Below, piece after piece: positions 17,504-27,266 of a stretch of 56,391 nt of DNA. The translations under genes and the position numbers were made by a program. The notes beneath the pieces were generated by a model. That model saw nothing but the letters and a program-made list of their open reading frames with translations, was not told the DNA's origin and searched no databases. Each line of letters opens with the position of its first letter. Within the stretch, counting starts at the first letter, position 1. The DNA comes from a virus (Duplodnaviria; Caudoviricetes), in IMG/VR virus record IMGVR_UViG_3300023274_000003, positions 1-56,391 of that record, one strand, 5' to 3'.

Positions 17504-18432
17504 TGTCTTTCAAACTGTTCCATTTGCTGGATATTAGTTAATTTATTTTGTATGTCTGTTTGACTGTACAGGTTTCCCGAACTTAGAGGGTCTAATTGTC
17601 TATCTTTTAAGAATTTAATTGTTTGTTGTGCATGGTTTCCACTCATACTTGGCAATTCTCTAAAAATAGCCTGTGATTGTTCGGGTGTTACATTGGCCGT
17701 CATTAAAAGGCTTTCTATTAATCCTTCTTGACTTGGAGTAATGGCATAATCTTGTTCGTCTAGCTCAATTGCATTAGCTAAGTTATCTAAATTCTTAGAT
17801 TTAGGCAAATACTTAATTGCCCTACGGATAACGGTTTTACGGCACATTTCTACAAAATCAGACTCCCAGATACAAGAGGATATTTTACCCGATTTAAAAG
17901 CCTTATAAGATTCACTACGACCTCTAATGTCTTCTATTTCTGCAATACTCATAGCTTCGAACTGATAAGAACCGTCAGCCAGTTTTGCTTGGGCATACAC
18001 ACCAATTATATTTTCGTTTTTCTTATCCTTTGCGAACGGGTTCATCTTGTGATCTATGCCGAAGTTTGTTGCCGTGTATTCTTCTCCTAAATAGACCGGA
18101 TAACATGAAACCGATGTAACACTACCAGTGTCGGTTAAAAGTTTGATTAAGCCTTGATATGAAGGCTCTAAACACGCTTCATTTACTTTCTTTTGATTGT
18201 TCCATCGGGGAACTAGATAAGCCAGCTTTAATACAGGATTTAAAGAAAGCCCGACATTGGCAATGTTCATTACGGCCGCAAGTATTGAATTAAGTTCACA
18301 CTCTTGTAGTTGTTTGCTTTTTGCTACTAACTGCCGCGCAAAAGATATTTCTTTGTCGTAAAATTCTCTACTGGTTAAACGTATAAAGTTACGTTCTTTG
18401 TCGCCTTCAAGGGCTATTTTGCTAATTTCCAT
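17500..18432 (-). CDS. recT: RecT-family single-strand annealing recombinase
   Basis: GLSLNP....AYLVPR...SYQGLIKL...GVYA.A.L..G...W..DF.EM.RKTVIRRA.KYLP. Confidence 0.9.
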   Translation of the reverse strand: MEISKIALEGDKERNFIRLTSREFYDKEISFARQLVAKSKQLQECELNSILAAVMNIANVGLSLNPVLKLAYLVPRWNNQKKVNEACLEPSYQGLIKLLTDTGSVTSVSCYPVYLGEEYTATNFGIDHKMNPFAKDKKNENIIGVYAQAKLADGSYQFEAMSIAEIEDIRGRSESYKAFKSGKISSCIWESDFVEMCRKTVIRRAIKYLPKSKNLDNLANAIELDEQDYAITPSQEGLIESLLMTANVTPEQSQAIFRELPSMSGNHAQQTIKFLKDRQLDPLSSGNLYSQTDIQNKLTNIQQMEQFERQ

Positions 18433-18490
18433 TGTTTTTATTATTTAAGGGCTGTTAAAATTGAGACAAGTACTCTCGAATGCAGGTTCG

Positions 18491-18940
18491 TTAAATGAGT
18501 TCTTTTTTAGTTACTAGCTTATAAAGCATCTTAAGTTCTTCTACTGTATGTATAACTATATCAGCCTTTGGGCAAATCCAGCCATTAGGTAATATATTTA
18601 ACCAGGGTTTAAAAATATATTTTATTGAAAACGTTTTATTACAATAGGTTCTATAAAAAGGCGTTTCTCCTGTTTTCTCGAACCCATAATCTACAATATT
18701 GTCTTCTGTTAGTATTTGTTTCTCTTTTGTCATTTCTATGAATTGCTCTAAAGTGATTATTGAATCAAATATTGTTGGGTCTTGCGAGTGAGTTACTCCA
18801 TCAAAATCGATTCCATAGTGCCACCCTTTCATGCACCCCGTTAAATCAGCCTGTTTGCTATTAAGGAAAGGTATTACTGTATCTTTAAACAATTGACTGC
18901 CATCGTTAAGGACTCCGAATGTTTTTGGTAAGGTGTTCAT
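18491..18940 (-). CDS. Hypothetical protein
   Basis: 149-aa ORF with a degenerate paralog at 8577-8758. Confidence 0.7.
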   Translation of the reverse strand: MNTLPKTFGVLNDGSQLFKDTVIPFLNSKQADLTGCMKGWHYGIDFDGVTHSQDPTIFDSIITLEQFIEMTKEKQILTEDNIVDYGFEKTGETPFYRTYCNKTFSIKYIFKPWLNILPNGWICPKADIVIHTVEELKMLYKLVTKKELI

Positions 18941-18944
18941 AGTT

Positions 18945-19352
18945 TTATTTGTCGTTCATTGAGTGTAAAGAAGGATATCCAGAAAATGTTCCATTGGCAT
19001 AACTACATCCTAAGCAAGTGCCTACGCCTTTTTTTACTGGAGTAGAACAATCCAAACATCCACCGTGAAAGATTTTCTTTTCTTTGGATTCGGGATAAGT
19101 TTCTATAAAAATAAGATCTTCCTGTCTTTCTGTTTCACGGTTCAAATTTCTTAGTGAATCGTCTGAGGTTTTTCTAATAGACGATAGTTTTGATAGTATT
19201 TTTAAATATTCTGCCCTTATCCTATTAGATTCTATACTTAATTTCTCGTATTCTTTTAAAAGCCTAAGATGTTCTTTTTGCTGTTGTTCCATTGCTTTGT
19301 TTACGGACTTAGAAACAAGTTCGTTTATAATTCTTAATAGGTATTCTTTCAT
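18945..19352 (-). CDS. Coiled-coil protein with C-terminal CxxC..CxxC
   Basis: CLDC...CLGC. Confidence 0.65.
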   Translation of the reverse strand: MKEYLLRIINELVSKSVNKAMEQQQKEHLRLLKEYEKLSIESNRIRAEYLKILSKLSSIRKTSDDSLRNLNRETERQEDLIFIETYPESKEKKIFHGGCLDCSTPVKKGVGTCLGCSYANGTFSGYPSLHSMNDK

Positions 19353-19397
19353 TTATTTTCAATATTAATGGTTATTACACTAAACTCTGATTCTTCA

Positions 19398-19832
19398 TTA
19401 CTCTTTTTGAATGAGTGCTTCTATTTCTGAAAGATAGGGAATAGGGGGATTGTAGGGTTTGCAATATTTCCATCCATACAAATTACTGCCACTGGGATTA
19501 TGATGACAATAGTACTTTCCATTTAGAAAAACTTCAAATACTTTCTCTTCCCAGTCGTACCCATCTTCAAAATCTCTTACCAAAACTTTTTCCTTTTGTT
19601 TTGGTGTCCATGTAGTAGGGGTTTTAATGGTGAAGTTTGCTTCAATAAAGTCAAAGAAAAATCTATCTTCCTTGCCTGCTAACGTAACTTTGACGCAATT
19701 TCCAAATACTTTTTCTACTTCAAATCTTCGTCCTTTCTCGATAATCATATCTGGTTTTCCTTCGTTGTTTTGGATAGTCCAGTCGGTATTTAGTATCAGT
19801 ATGTCCCCTATTTTGATGTTTTGAGTATTCAT
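19398..19832 (-). CDS. Hypothetical protein
   Basis: KVLVRD....W...F......Y......W..C.PY pattern. Confidence 0.65.
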   Translation of the reverse strand: MNTQNIKIGDILILNTDWTIQNNEGKPDMIIEKGRRFEVEKVFGNCVKVTLAGKEDRFFFDFIEANFTIKTPTTWTPKQKEKVLVRDFEDGYDWEEKVFEVFLNGKYYCHHNPSGSNLYGWKYCKPYNPPIPYLSEIEALIQKE

Positions 19833-19836
19833 AATA

Positions 19837-21577
19837 TTAATAGTTAAACAGTTGAGTAATTAAAATATAAAGTAACCCGGTAATTAGTAAGGATTTAACG
19901 GCGAACCTCAATACCTTGTAATATTTTGCTTCCATCTTTTGAAAGAACTTTTGAGTTTTTGACTTGGTTAAGGAGTTTAGAAAATCATCTATACTCGTTT
20001 CTTTATAGTCCCATTTGATGTTTTTATTCAAAGAATCAACGGCTTTCTTTGCTCTGAATAGATTTGTTGTAGTTGGTTTCATATTCTTTATTTGTTGCTC
20101 GTAGTAGTTCATTTGATTAAATCTTTTAATTCTTGTTCCCATTGTTCAACTAATCCATACTCTTTCATTGTAATGAAGTCCCAATTTTCATACCTTTCGA
20201 TAGCACCTTTTAGCTTTATTACCCTATCTATCTTCTCTTCTGTAGAAGGAAAATAAGGAATTTCTAAATTCTCAAGCCAGAACCATCTTGGGCAAATGCC
20301 AATAGGCGGTTTAAATACGCTGAAGTAATTCATTTGATAAAGTTATTAAAATCTGTTTCGTTTAATTCTATTATGTTTGTGATTGTACCTGTATCTTCCG
20401 ACAAGAAAGACTTTTCTTCTATTAACTTTTCAGTTAAACTTTTGTTGGGGTACTCATTCTGTACTAAAGTAAGTAGTACGCATTTACCGCCAAGTGTGTT
20501 GTATTTATAAAATACTATAAAATATCTCATGATTCTTCTTGATTAATGATTGTCCGATAGTTTCTATACGTCATAATACAATTACCTAGTAAGCAAGGTA
20601 AAAGGATACACCAGGCTAAGAACTTTTCAATAAAAGGGTAGCCTGTAAAGCATACGGCAATGCTCATAAAGAACAGAACAATTGTATAGAATCCAAACCA
20701 AAGATAATTATCTTCAATTACTCTCTGTTGGGGTGTTTTCATTTTCAGTATTCCGGTTTAAATGATAGTTTGATTTCTTCGATGTCTACATTTTCTTCTA
20801 TGTCTTCAATCAATGCTTTAGTGAGTATTTCTCGATCACTAAACTTAAACCCATGTACCTTAATCTCAATATACACTCTATGATAAAACATAAGCGTTTT
20901 TAATGCTTCAAATGTTTCTTCTTTGGGGGTTAGTTCTTTCTTTGTCATGTTTTTGGACGTTTGAAGATGGTTAAATGTATCGATAATTAGGATTCCATTC
21001 AGAACTATTGGAAACGCTCATTCTTTTTTGGTGAAAATCCTCTTTAAAATCTGTAATAAATGGTGTCAAAGGCAACCCTAAAAGCTTTTGAACAGTTCTG
21101 ATTCTTTTCCTGTTTTCCATTAATGCGTAACAAGTGCTACACGTACTCATGTTTTTGCTTTTGTTTATTTGATAGTAATAGAAAGGTTTCTTGTGTGCCT
21201 CATCCTGAGCGTCGCAATGCCAAAAATCATGGCCTTTTTCAAACAATGCAGTTTGACAACTTTCTAACATTTTCAAACAATCTTTTAAGATTCTCTTAGT
21301 TTTCTTGTCCATGATTTACATTTTATCGTCTGACGACGGGGGTTAGTTATTCTGAGACAATATTTATATTTTCAATAACATCATCAAGGTTGCCAATCAT
21401 TTCGTCTAATGAAGAAACGTTTTCTTCCATCTTTTGACCTCTTTCGCTAGATTGTAGGTTTTCTGATAGATTATAGAAAGATTCTTCTTCTTCATCTTTT
21501 ACTGACTCTATTATCTGTTTAGCATCTTCTATTAGAGAGATAGCTTTTTCTAATTCTTTTCTTCTTGATTTGTTCAT
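19837..21577 (-). other. String of seven small early hypothetical genes (19837-20142, 20109-20333, 20330-20530, 20527-20742, 20745-20948, 20971-21312, 21347-21577)
   Basis: Tightly packed co-directional ORFs, several with ATGA overlaps. Confidence 0.65.
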
Positions 21578-21601
21578 TGTTTTTATATTAGTTAATGTTA
21601 G

Positions 21602-21685
21602 TTGTCACGAAGGGAATCGAACCCAAAACTTACACCTGTATTTATATCCGACTCGAACGGAGAGTTTACACCAAGTACGTGACAA
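21602..21685 (-). ncRNA. tRNA-like RNA with two T-loop hairpins and no anticodon arm
   Basis: 8-bp closing stem TTGTCACG/CGTGACAA; TCCG-TTCGAGT-CGGA and GGG-TTCGATT-CCC. Confidence 0.5.
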
Positions 21686-21690
21686 TATTA

Positions 21691-21933
21691 TTAAAAAGAT
21701 ACACTCAAGATATACTTCTCTATCTCTTTAGCATCGTTAAAATGCTTTTCTATGAAGTCTAATACCTTGCCTGTAGTAGTATTAGGCGATACAATCATAA
21801 AATCTATAAAAGGTGTACCGTTTTCAAGCGGATAAGATACTGTGATAATATCTTTGTTCTGGTCTACCTCAAAATCTGGTATGGTGTTGAAGTTATATTC
21901 TGATTCGGCTTGTGCTTGTTGTAAGATGTTCAT
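21691..21933 (-). CDS. Hypothetical protein
   Basis: 80-aa ORF. Confidence 0.6.
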   Translation of the reverse strand: MNILQQAQAESEYNFNTIPDFEVDQNKDIITVSYPLENGTPFIDFMIVSPNTTTGKVLDFIEKHFNDAKEIEKYILSVSF

Positions 21934-22220
21934 GTTATTTAAAGGGTTATTAGATTTGTTTTGGCACTAACGCAGTTCCCGCAGTTGAGATTAATATTTT
22001 TTAATTCCATTTCTTTTGCAATATTCATTCGCCTGAGAACCTGTATTGAATCCCTGCATCATATTTACACCCCCTATTTTAACAAATCCGTCAGAATATA
22101 CTCTTACATTTAAAATTTCTGAAAATTTAGTAATTAAAGTAAATTCGGTGTTAATGGTGAAAGTTATCATTTTCTTGTTTGTTTTAATTTGATAGTATAA
22201 AGGTAATACTTATTTTCATT

Positions 22221-22255
22221 TATGCAATATAAGTATTGCAAAAGTTATCCACATT
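22221..22255. promoter_or_regulatory. 35-bp operator + DnaA-box repeat, copy 1
   Basis: TGCAATA-N4-TATTGCA palindrome followed by TTATCCACA; 33/35 identical to 22990-23024. Confidence 0.7.
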
Positions 22256-22448
22256 CTTGCAGATATTTATTTTCTAAGGCAAATATCTTTGCTAGTTCTT
22301 CTAAGGTTTCAAAAGAAGGACTAAACTTACCGGATTCTATTTGACTAATTGCCTGGTGTGTGATAGGGGGGGTAAACTTTTCTCCTAACATCGTTTGTGA
22401 CCAGCCACGACTTAAGCGTAATTCTTTTATTTTTTCGTTGATTTTCAT
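22245..22448 (-). CDS. XRE/Cro-family HTH transcriptional regulator
   Basis: KIKELRLSRGWSQTMLG......QAISQIESGK..PS.ETL..LAKIF. Confidence 0.9.
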   Translation of the reverse strand: MKINEKIKELRLSRGWSQTMLGEKFTPPITHQAISQIESGKFSPSFETLEELAKIFALENKYLQECG

Positions 22449-22648
22449 ATATTAAACTCCTTTTTAATTTCTTCGCTTAAATTTTCATATAATTCATCCA
22501 TTACTGAGGATTTTCCTAGATTAAGATATTCCCATTGTTTCTTATTTAGTTCCTTATCTTCTTTTTTCTTCCACCATGCTTCATTATATTCTATCTTTTT
22601 TGAAGCTATAAGGGCCACTATTTTTTGAAGTTCATTTTTATAATTCAT
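22445..22648 (-). CDS. Hypothetical protein
   Basis: Overlaps neighbours. Confidence 0.6.
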   Translation of the reverse strand: MNYKNELQKIVALIASKKIEYNEAWWKKKEDKELNKKQWEYLNLGKSSVMDELYENLSEEIKKEFNI

Positions 22649-22931
22649 ATGCTTTCCTTACGGCTTTATATGTTTTTTCTTGTTGATTACAAATAGTATG
22701 CTTTATCTTAATGATTTTACCATTAGCCTCGATAATGGACTCGTAAGTTTCAAAATGAATTTCTCTTTCTGAAACTATGTAGTACTTCTTTTTGTCTCTT
22801 GGTGTTTCCAACGCAATTCTTTTGCCTATAACTGATAGGTCTTTTTCAATTTCTTTCCAAGTTTTTTCTTGTTCTGACTTTGAATACATTTTTATTATTG
22901 TGCCACTTGTAGATAGAATAGATGTTGCCAT
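22638..22931 (-). CDS. Hypothetical protein (first gene of early operon)
   Basis: Follows TATATTTG at 22967-22974. Confidence 0.65.
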   Translation of the reverse strand: MATSILSTSGTIIKMYSKSEQEKTWKEIEKDLSVIGKRIALETPRDKKKYYIVSEREIHFETYESIIEANGKIIKIKHTICNQQEKTYKAVRKAYEL

Positions 22932-22989
22932 TGTCTTAGTTATTTTATTGTTCCGTTTAACTGATACAAATATACAAGGATAAAATTAA

Positions 22990-23024
22990 TATGCAACATA
23001 AATATTGCAAAAGTTATCCACATT
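22990..23024. promoter_or_regulatory. 35-bp operator + DnaA-box repeat, copy 2, in early/late divergent region
   Basis: Between divergent TATATTTG boxes at 22967-22974 (-) and 23068-23075 (+). Confidence 0.7.
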
Positions 23025-23112
23025 TATAATTATTTTTGAAATTATTTTTAAGTAGTAAGAATATTTATATATTTGCTTTGAAAAGAAGTGAAGTTTAATT
23101 AAAAAGTATCTT

Positions 23113-23430
23113 ATGAAAGACTCAAAAATATTTGAAGCCGAAAAAGATATCCCGTCACCGGAACCAAGTTCTTTGCAGTACGACGGAGAAAACCCTACAA
23201 GATTTTACCCTTTTCATGTAGTAGGTCAGGGACAAGTATTCATTGACGACAAAGGTGTATTGCATATTAAGAATAACAATGGCGTAGGCTTTACTTTATC
23301 GGTTGATCCTGACTTGACTAAAGAGGATGAGGCTACATTAGTTATGTCTGAGAAAGGACTTATCTTAAAAAAGAAACAGCCACTAAACCTTGATGGCATG
23401 GCTCACAACTACTTAACCCCACAGGAATAA
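23113..23430 (+). CDS. Hypothetical protein
   Basis: First plus-strand ORF after promoter. Confidence 0.65.
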   Translation: MKDSKIFEAEKDIPSPEPSSLQYDGENPTRFYPFHVVGQGQVFIDDKGVLHIKNNNGVGFTLSVDPDLTKEDEATLVMSEKGLILKKKQPLNLDGMAHNYLTPQE

Positions 23431-23431
23431 T

Positions 23432-23725
23432 ATGTTATTACAGATAGATACTACCAGTAAAACTATAGAACTCTTAGAAGAAGCCTCTTTTAATGAGCTA
23501 AAGGAGTTTATAGAACTACTACCCGATGGGCAGGAATATAAAATTATACCTACAGAGTCTCAGGATCCGCCATGTGTGAATAGCGAAAGATTTGTTTATA
23601 AGCAAGAACCTAACGACTGGAAGCATGAACCGGAACAGAAGACTAAAAAGATGGTCAGTGATTTGCAGGATGCCCTTGAAAAAGACCTGCAAGCGAAGAC
23701 TATAACCAAGAAAGCTATTGAGTGA
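23432..23725 (+). CDS. Hypothetical protein
   Basis: 97-aa ORF. Confidence 0.65.
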   Translation: MLLQIDTTSKTIELLEEASFNELKEFIELLPDGQEYKIIPTESQDPPCVNSERFVYKQEPNDWKHEPEQKTKKMVSDLQDALEKDLQAKTITKKAIE

Positions 23726-23807
23726 ATATAATTTTACCGTGATTTGCGTACACTTTGTATTGCTTTTTGCGGTATAAACACCAAAAACATAGAGAAGAAA
23801 CCAAGAA

Positions 23808-24038
23808 ATGGGATATTTAAACTACATAGAGCAACCACAAACAGGGAAAACAAAAATTTTCAATATAATTTCTAATGGACAAGATTTAGGGGTTATTAAG
23901 TGGTTTTCTAATTGGCGTAGATATTGTTTGTTTCCGAAGTCGGAAGTATTATTCGATTCAAGTTGTTTAAGTGAAATAAAAGAGAAGTTGAATTCTCTAA
24001 TGTTAGAAAGAAAAGATGGCAGCACCGAAGGGAAATAG
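23808..24038 (+). CDS. Conserved phage hypothetical protein
   Basis: KT......LG.IKWF..WR.Y...P.....FD..CL pattern. Confidence 0.65.
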   Translation: MGYLNYIEQPQTGKTKIFNIISNGQDLGVIKWFSNWRRYCLFPKSEVLFDSSCLSEIKEKLNSLMLERKDGSTEGK

Positions 24039-24438
24039 ATTTTGGGAATTGTGGGAAAAAGAAAGAGATAAGAAGTATACATCCGAATCTCTTTGGGATA
24101 AAGCTATTGAATACTTTGAGTATTTTGAAGAGAATCCACTACAAGAGCAGGATTGGGTAGGTAAGGACGCTTTCGAAGTAATTAAAAACAAAATGCGTGC
24201 AATGTCTATCACTTCTTTCTGTGGGTTCTGTGGAATATCGCTACACACGTTCCTAGATTATGAAAAATCTGAAAGTATGGTTCATATCGTAACACGCATA
24301 CGTAGCATAATTTACTCTCAGAAGTTTGAGGGGGCAGCCGCAGGACTGCTTAACCCTAGCATCATATCCAGAGAATTAGGTCTTGTAGATAAAAAAGATG
24401 TTTCGATTACCGCAGAACAGCCGCTATTCAGTGAATAA
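24016..24438 (+). CDS. terS: Terminase small subunit (P22 gp3-like)
   Basis: MAAPKGNRFW...QKFEGAAAGLLNPSIISRELGL; upstream of TerL. Confidence 0.9.
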   Translation: MAAPKGNRFWELWEKERDKKYTSESLWDKAIEYFEYFEENPLQEQDWVGKDAFEVIKNKMRAMSITSFCGFCGISLHTFLDYEKSESMVHIVTRIRSIIYSQKFEGAAAGLLNPSIISRELGLVDKKDVSITAEQPLFSE

Positions 24439-24440
24439 GT

Positions 24441-25652
24441 ATGTTCAAGTACACCACAGCCATACGTAAACTACGGGCATTAAATAAAAGAATTAAAAAA
24501 GTGCCAGGCGGCACAAGTGCTGGTAAGACTTTTGGGATTCTCCCTATACTAATAGACAGAGCCACTAAAACGCCTTTGCTTGAAATATCGGTAGTATCAG
24601 AATCAGTTCCTCATTTAAAAAGAGGAGCAATCAAAGATTTTAAAAAGATTATGCAGGTCACTAACAGGTGGAACGCTGACCACTGGCACGGAACGGACTT
24701 TAAATATACTTTTTCAAACGGTTCTTATATAGAGTTTTTTAGTGCAGATCAGGAAGAAAAGACCAGAGGCCCACGAAGAAATATATTATACATTAACGAG
24801 TGTAACAATATACCCTTTGAAACGTATCATCAGTTAGCTATTCGTACAGATATAGAGATTTGGTTAGATTATAACCCAACACACGAATTCTGGGTACATT
24901 CTGAATTAAAAGGAGATGATGATGTAGATGAGTTAATCCTGACTTATAAAGACAATGAGGGCCTATCGGAAAGCATTGTTAAGGAGATAGAGAAAGCCCT
25001 TTATAAAGCCTTTTTTAATCCTTCTTTGCCTTATGAGAAGTTGTTTGAAGAAAAGAACATTAAGAACGCTTATTGGTCTAACTGGTGGAAAGTATACGGG
25101 TTAGGACTAACGGGTTCTTTAGAGGGCGTAATATTCAGCAACTGGTCACAGATAGACTCAGTACCCGAAGGGGCTAAACTTATTTCTTTTGGACTTGACT
25201 TTGGGTTTACTAATGACCCTACGGCATTAACAGGTGTATATTTATTTGAAGGCGATTTGATTATTGACGAGGTATTATATCAAACAGGACTGCTTAATAG
25301 TACTATCAGGGATTTAGCCAAAGACTATGGTATAGGTAATCAACAGATTATTGCTGATAGTGCCGAGCCAAAAAGTATTGCCGAATTAAAACTAGGCGGA
25401 TTAATGGTTAAGGAATCTCTAAAAGGTAAAGATTCTATTATGTTTGGCATAGACTTTCTGCAACAATATCATATGAGAGTAACTAAAAGGAGTACCAATA
25501 TAATTAAGGAGTTAAGGAATTATATCTGGGATAAAGACAGAGAAGGAAATAAGCTCAATAAGCCTATAGACGCTTTTAATCACGGAATAGATTCTATCAG
25601 GTATGCGGTAAGTTATTTGTCTAAGCCGGCACTTACATGGACAATGAATTAA
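24441..25652 (+). CDS. terL: Terminase large subunit (PBSX/SPP1-like)
   Basis: GGTSAGKT Walker A, YINE Walker B, DYNP, GLDFGFTNDP, ADSAEP, NHGIDSIRY. Confidence 0.95.
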   Translation: MFKYTTAIRKLRALNKRIKKVPGGTSAGKTFGILPILIDRATKTPLLEISVVSESVPHLKRGAIKDFKKIMQVTNRWNADHWHGTDFKYTFSNGSYIEFFSADQEEKTRGPRRNILYINECNNIPFETYHQLAIRTDIEIWLDYNPTHEFWVHSELKGDDDVDELILTYKDNEGLSESIVKEIEKALYKAFFNPSLPYEKLFEEKNIKNAYWSNWWKVYGLGLTGSLEGVIFSNWSQIDSVPEGAKLISFGLDFGFTNDPTALTGVYLFEGDLIIDEVLYQTGLLNSTIRDLAKDYGIGNQQIIADSAEPKSIAELKLGGLMVKESLKGKDSIMFGIDFLQQYHMRVTKRSTNIIKELRNYIWDKDREGNKLNKPIDAFNHGIDSIRYAVSYLSKPALTWTMN

Positions 25653-25653
25653 A

Positions 25654-27057
25654 ATGACAATAAAAGACACGGTTAATCGGTGGCTGGGTAACAACCAGAA
25701 AGCAATCACATTGCCTAATCATGCCGCAGTACCTTCGCAGCTACTGTGGCACTTAATGGGGGGCGTTCCTGTTATCTGGTACACAGGCAATACAGACACC
25801 TATCTACGCAAAGGCTTTGAAGGAAACCACGTAGTTTTTACTATTGCCGACTGGTGTGCCAGAAAACTAGCCGCCATTCCTCCTATCCTCTACGATACCA
25901 AAGACGAAGGAGCCGCCAAAGACTATAAGTTTCTTAGAAAACACCTAAGTATTGAGAATATCGCACAGGCGCAGAAAATAAAAGCCCGTGCATTCGTTGA
26001 GGTAAGAGAGCATAAGATTCTTGACGTGTTGATGCAGCCAAACGAATTGATGCCTTACGACGAATTTATGTACGGATGGTATATCTTTAAAAAGTTTGTA
26101 GGCAAAGCCGATATACAAGGAATTGCCACTACGGGGGTAAATCCAGGAATAGCTAACTTATACTTACTCCCATCTAATTACATACAGGCAGTCGCAGGGC
26201 AGGGGCTAACTGTTATCGATCACTTTATTGATACCCGTCAGCCTTCAGTTCATATTCCGACCGAGCAGATACTGGAGATCAGAAACTTTTCAGCCAATTA
26301 TCAATCAGCAGGGGCGCAGTTACAAGGTATGTCAGTCATGCAGGCGGCCTCTAAACTTCTTACCAAGTCCAACGACTCGTTATCTGCGCAGGCCGAAACT
26401 TTGCAGAATAGAGGGGCAAGGGGTATATTGGCACCTAATTTGTCAGGGGCAGACCTGGCAGGCTTACAACTGCCTAGTGGGGCGACAATGGATACTATGA
26501 ACGCCGAAATGCGTAAACGACTGTCAGAAGCGGGTAATCAGGGAGTTATTACGCACTCTATCCCTATGAGTTATATAAGCATAGGAATGACTTCAGTAGA
26601 AATGCAGACCTTAGAGTCTGACAAACTAGATAATGCGGCTTGGGCCTCTTTATTCCATGTAGATAGCCGTGTAGTGCTTAATGACCATCAGAGCAGCACC
26701 AAAGACAATATGCAAACGGCCAGACTTGATTCTATCTTAGACGGGGTGTTACCTGAAGCGGAAGCGTTCAAGAACGGAATAAACGCATGGATGCTACCTA
26801 CTTACGATAATAAAGGCAGATACTATTTCGACATGGACTATACTGTTTTGCCGGAAATACAAAGGCAGTTACGGGACACAGCCAAAGAAATGTCAGATGC
26901 GGGCATCTTTACCCCTAATGAAATAAGGGAGGTCTGGAAGTACGATGCTTACCCACACGCTAACGCTAATAAGATACTAGTCGCTACTACCAAACAGTTG
27001 CTCGATGACATGGACAGTTCATTGCCGGACGTTGAAAACACAGGAGACTATCAATGA
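25654..27057 (+). CDS. Portal protein (HK97-like)
   Basis: Position after TerL, 467 aa, QGMS...RGIL...FTPNEIRE. Confidence 0.85.
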   Translation: MTIKDTVNRWLGNNQKAITLPNHAAVPSQLLWHLMGGVPVIWYTGNTDTYLRKGFEGNHVVFTIADWCARKLAAIPPILYDTKDEGAAKDYKFLRKHLSIENIAQAQKIKARAFVEVREHKILDVLMQPNELMPYDEFMYGWYIFKKFVGKADIQGIATTGVNPGIANLYLLPSNYIQAVAGQGLTVIDHFIDTRQPSVHIPTEQILEIRNFSANYQSAGAQLQGMSVMQAASKLLTKSNDSLSAQAETLQNRGARGILAPNLSGADLAGLQLPSGATMDTMNAEMRKRLSEAGNQGVITHSIPMSYISIGMTSVEMQTLESDKLDNAAWASLFHVDSRVVLNDHQSSTKDNMQTARLDSILDGVLPEAEAFKNGINAWMLPTYDNKGRYYFDMDYTVLPEIQRQLRDTAKEMSDAGIFTPNEIREVWKYDAYPHANANKILVATTKQLLDDMDSSLPDVENTGDYQ

Positions 27058-27266
27058 AATCCTTAATACTACTTATACATAAATATCTTTCTTTGCTTTG
27101 TATAGGGTTAGGTGTAATTCATGTTATAATCACTATATTTAGCTTACTATTTAAAGTGAATGATGCCTTTTTAAAGACTCCTATGGGGCTGGTTATTCAG
27201 GGATTTATCTATGCTTATGCTATATCATTTATTTTAACTAATCTATCAAGGGATGACCAAAGATGA
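27054..27266 (+). CDS. Small two-TM membrane protein
   Basis: Two hydrophobic helices; ATGA overlap with portal stop. Confidence 0.6.
   Translation: MKSLILLIHKYLSLLCIGLGVIHVIITIFSLLFKVNDAFLKTPMGLVIQGFIYAYAISFILTNLSRDDQR

Noticed and set aside
21602-21685. Canonical tRNA gene
   Set aside because: T-loops present but no anticodon arm, proper D arm or CCA; kept only as tRNA-like RNA
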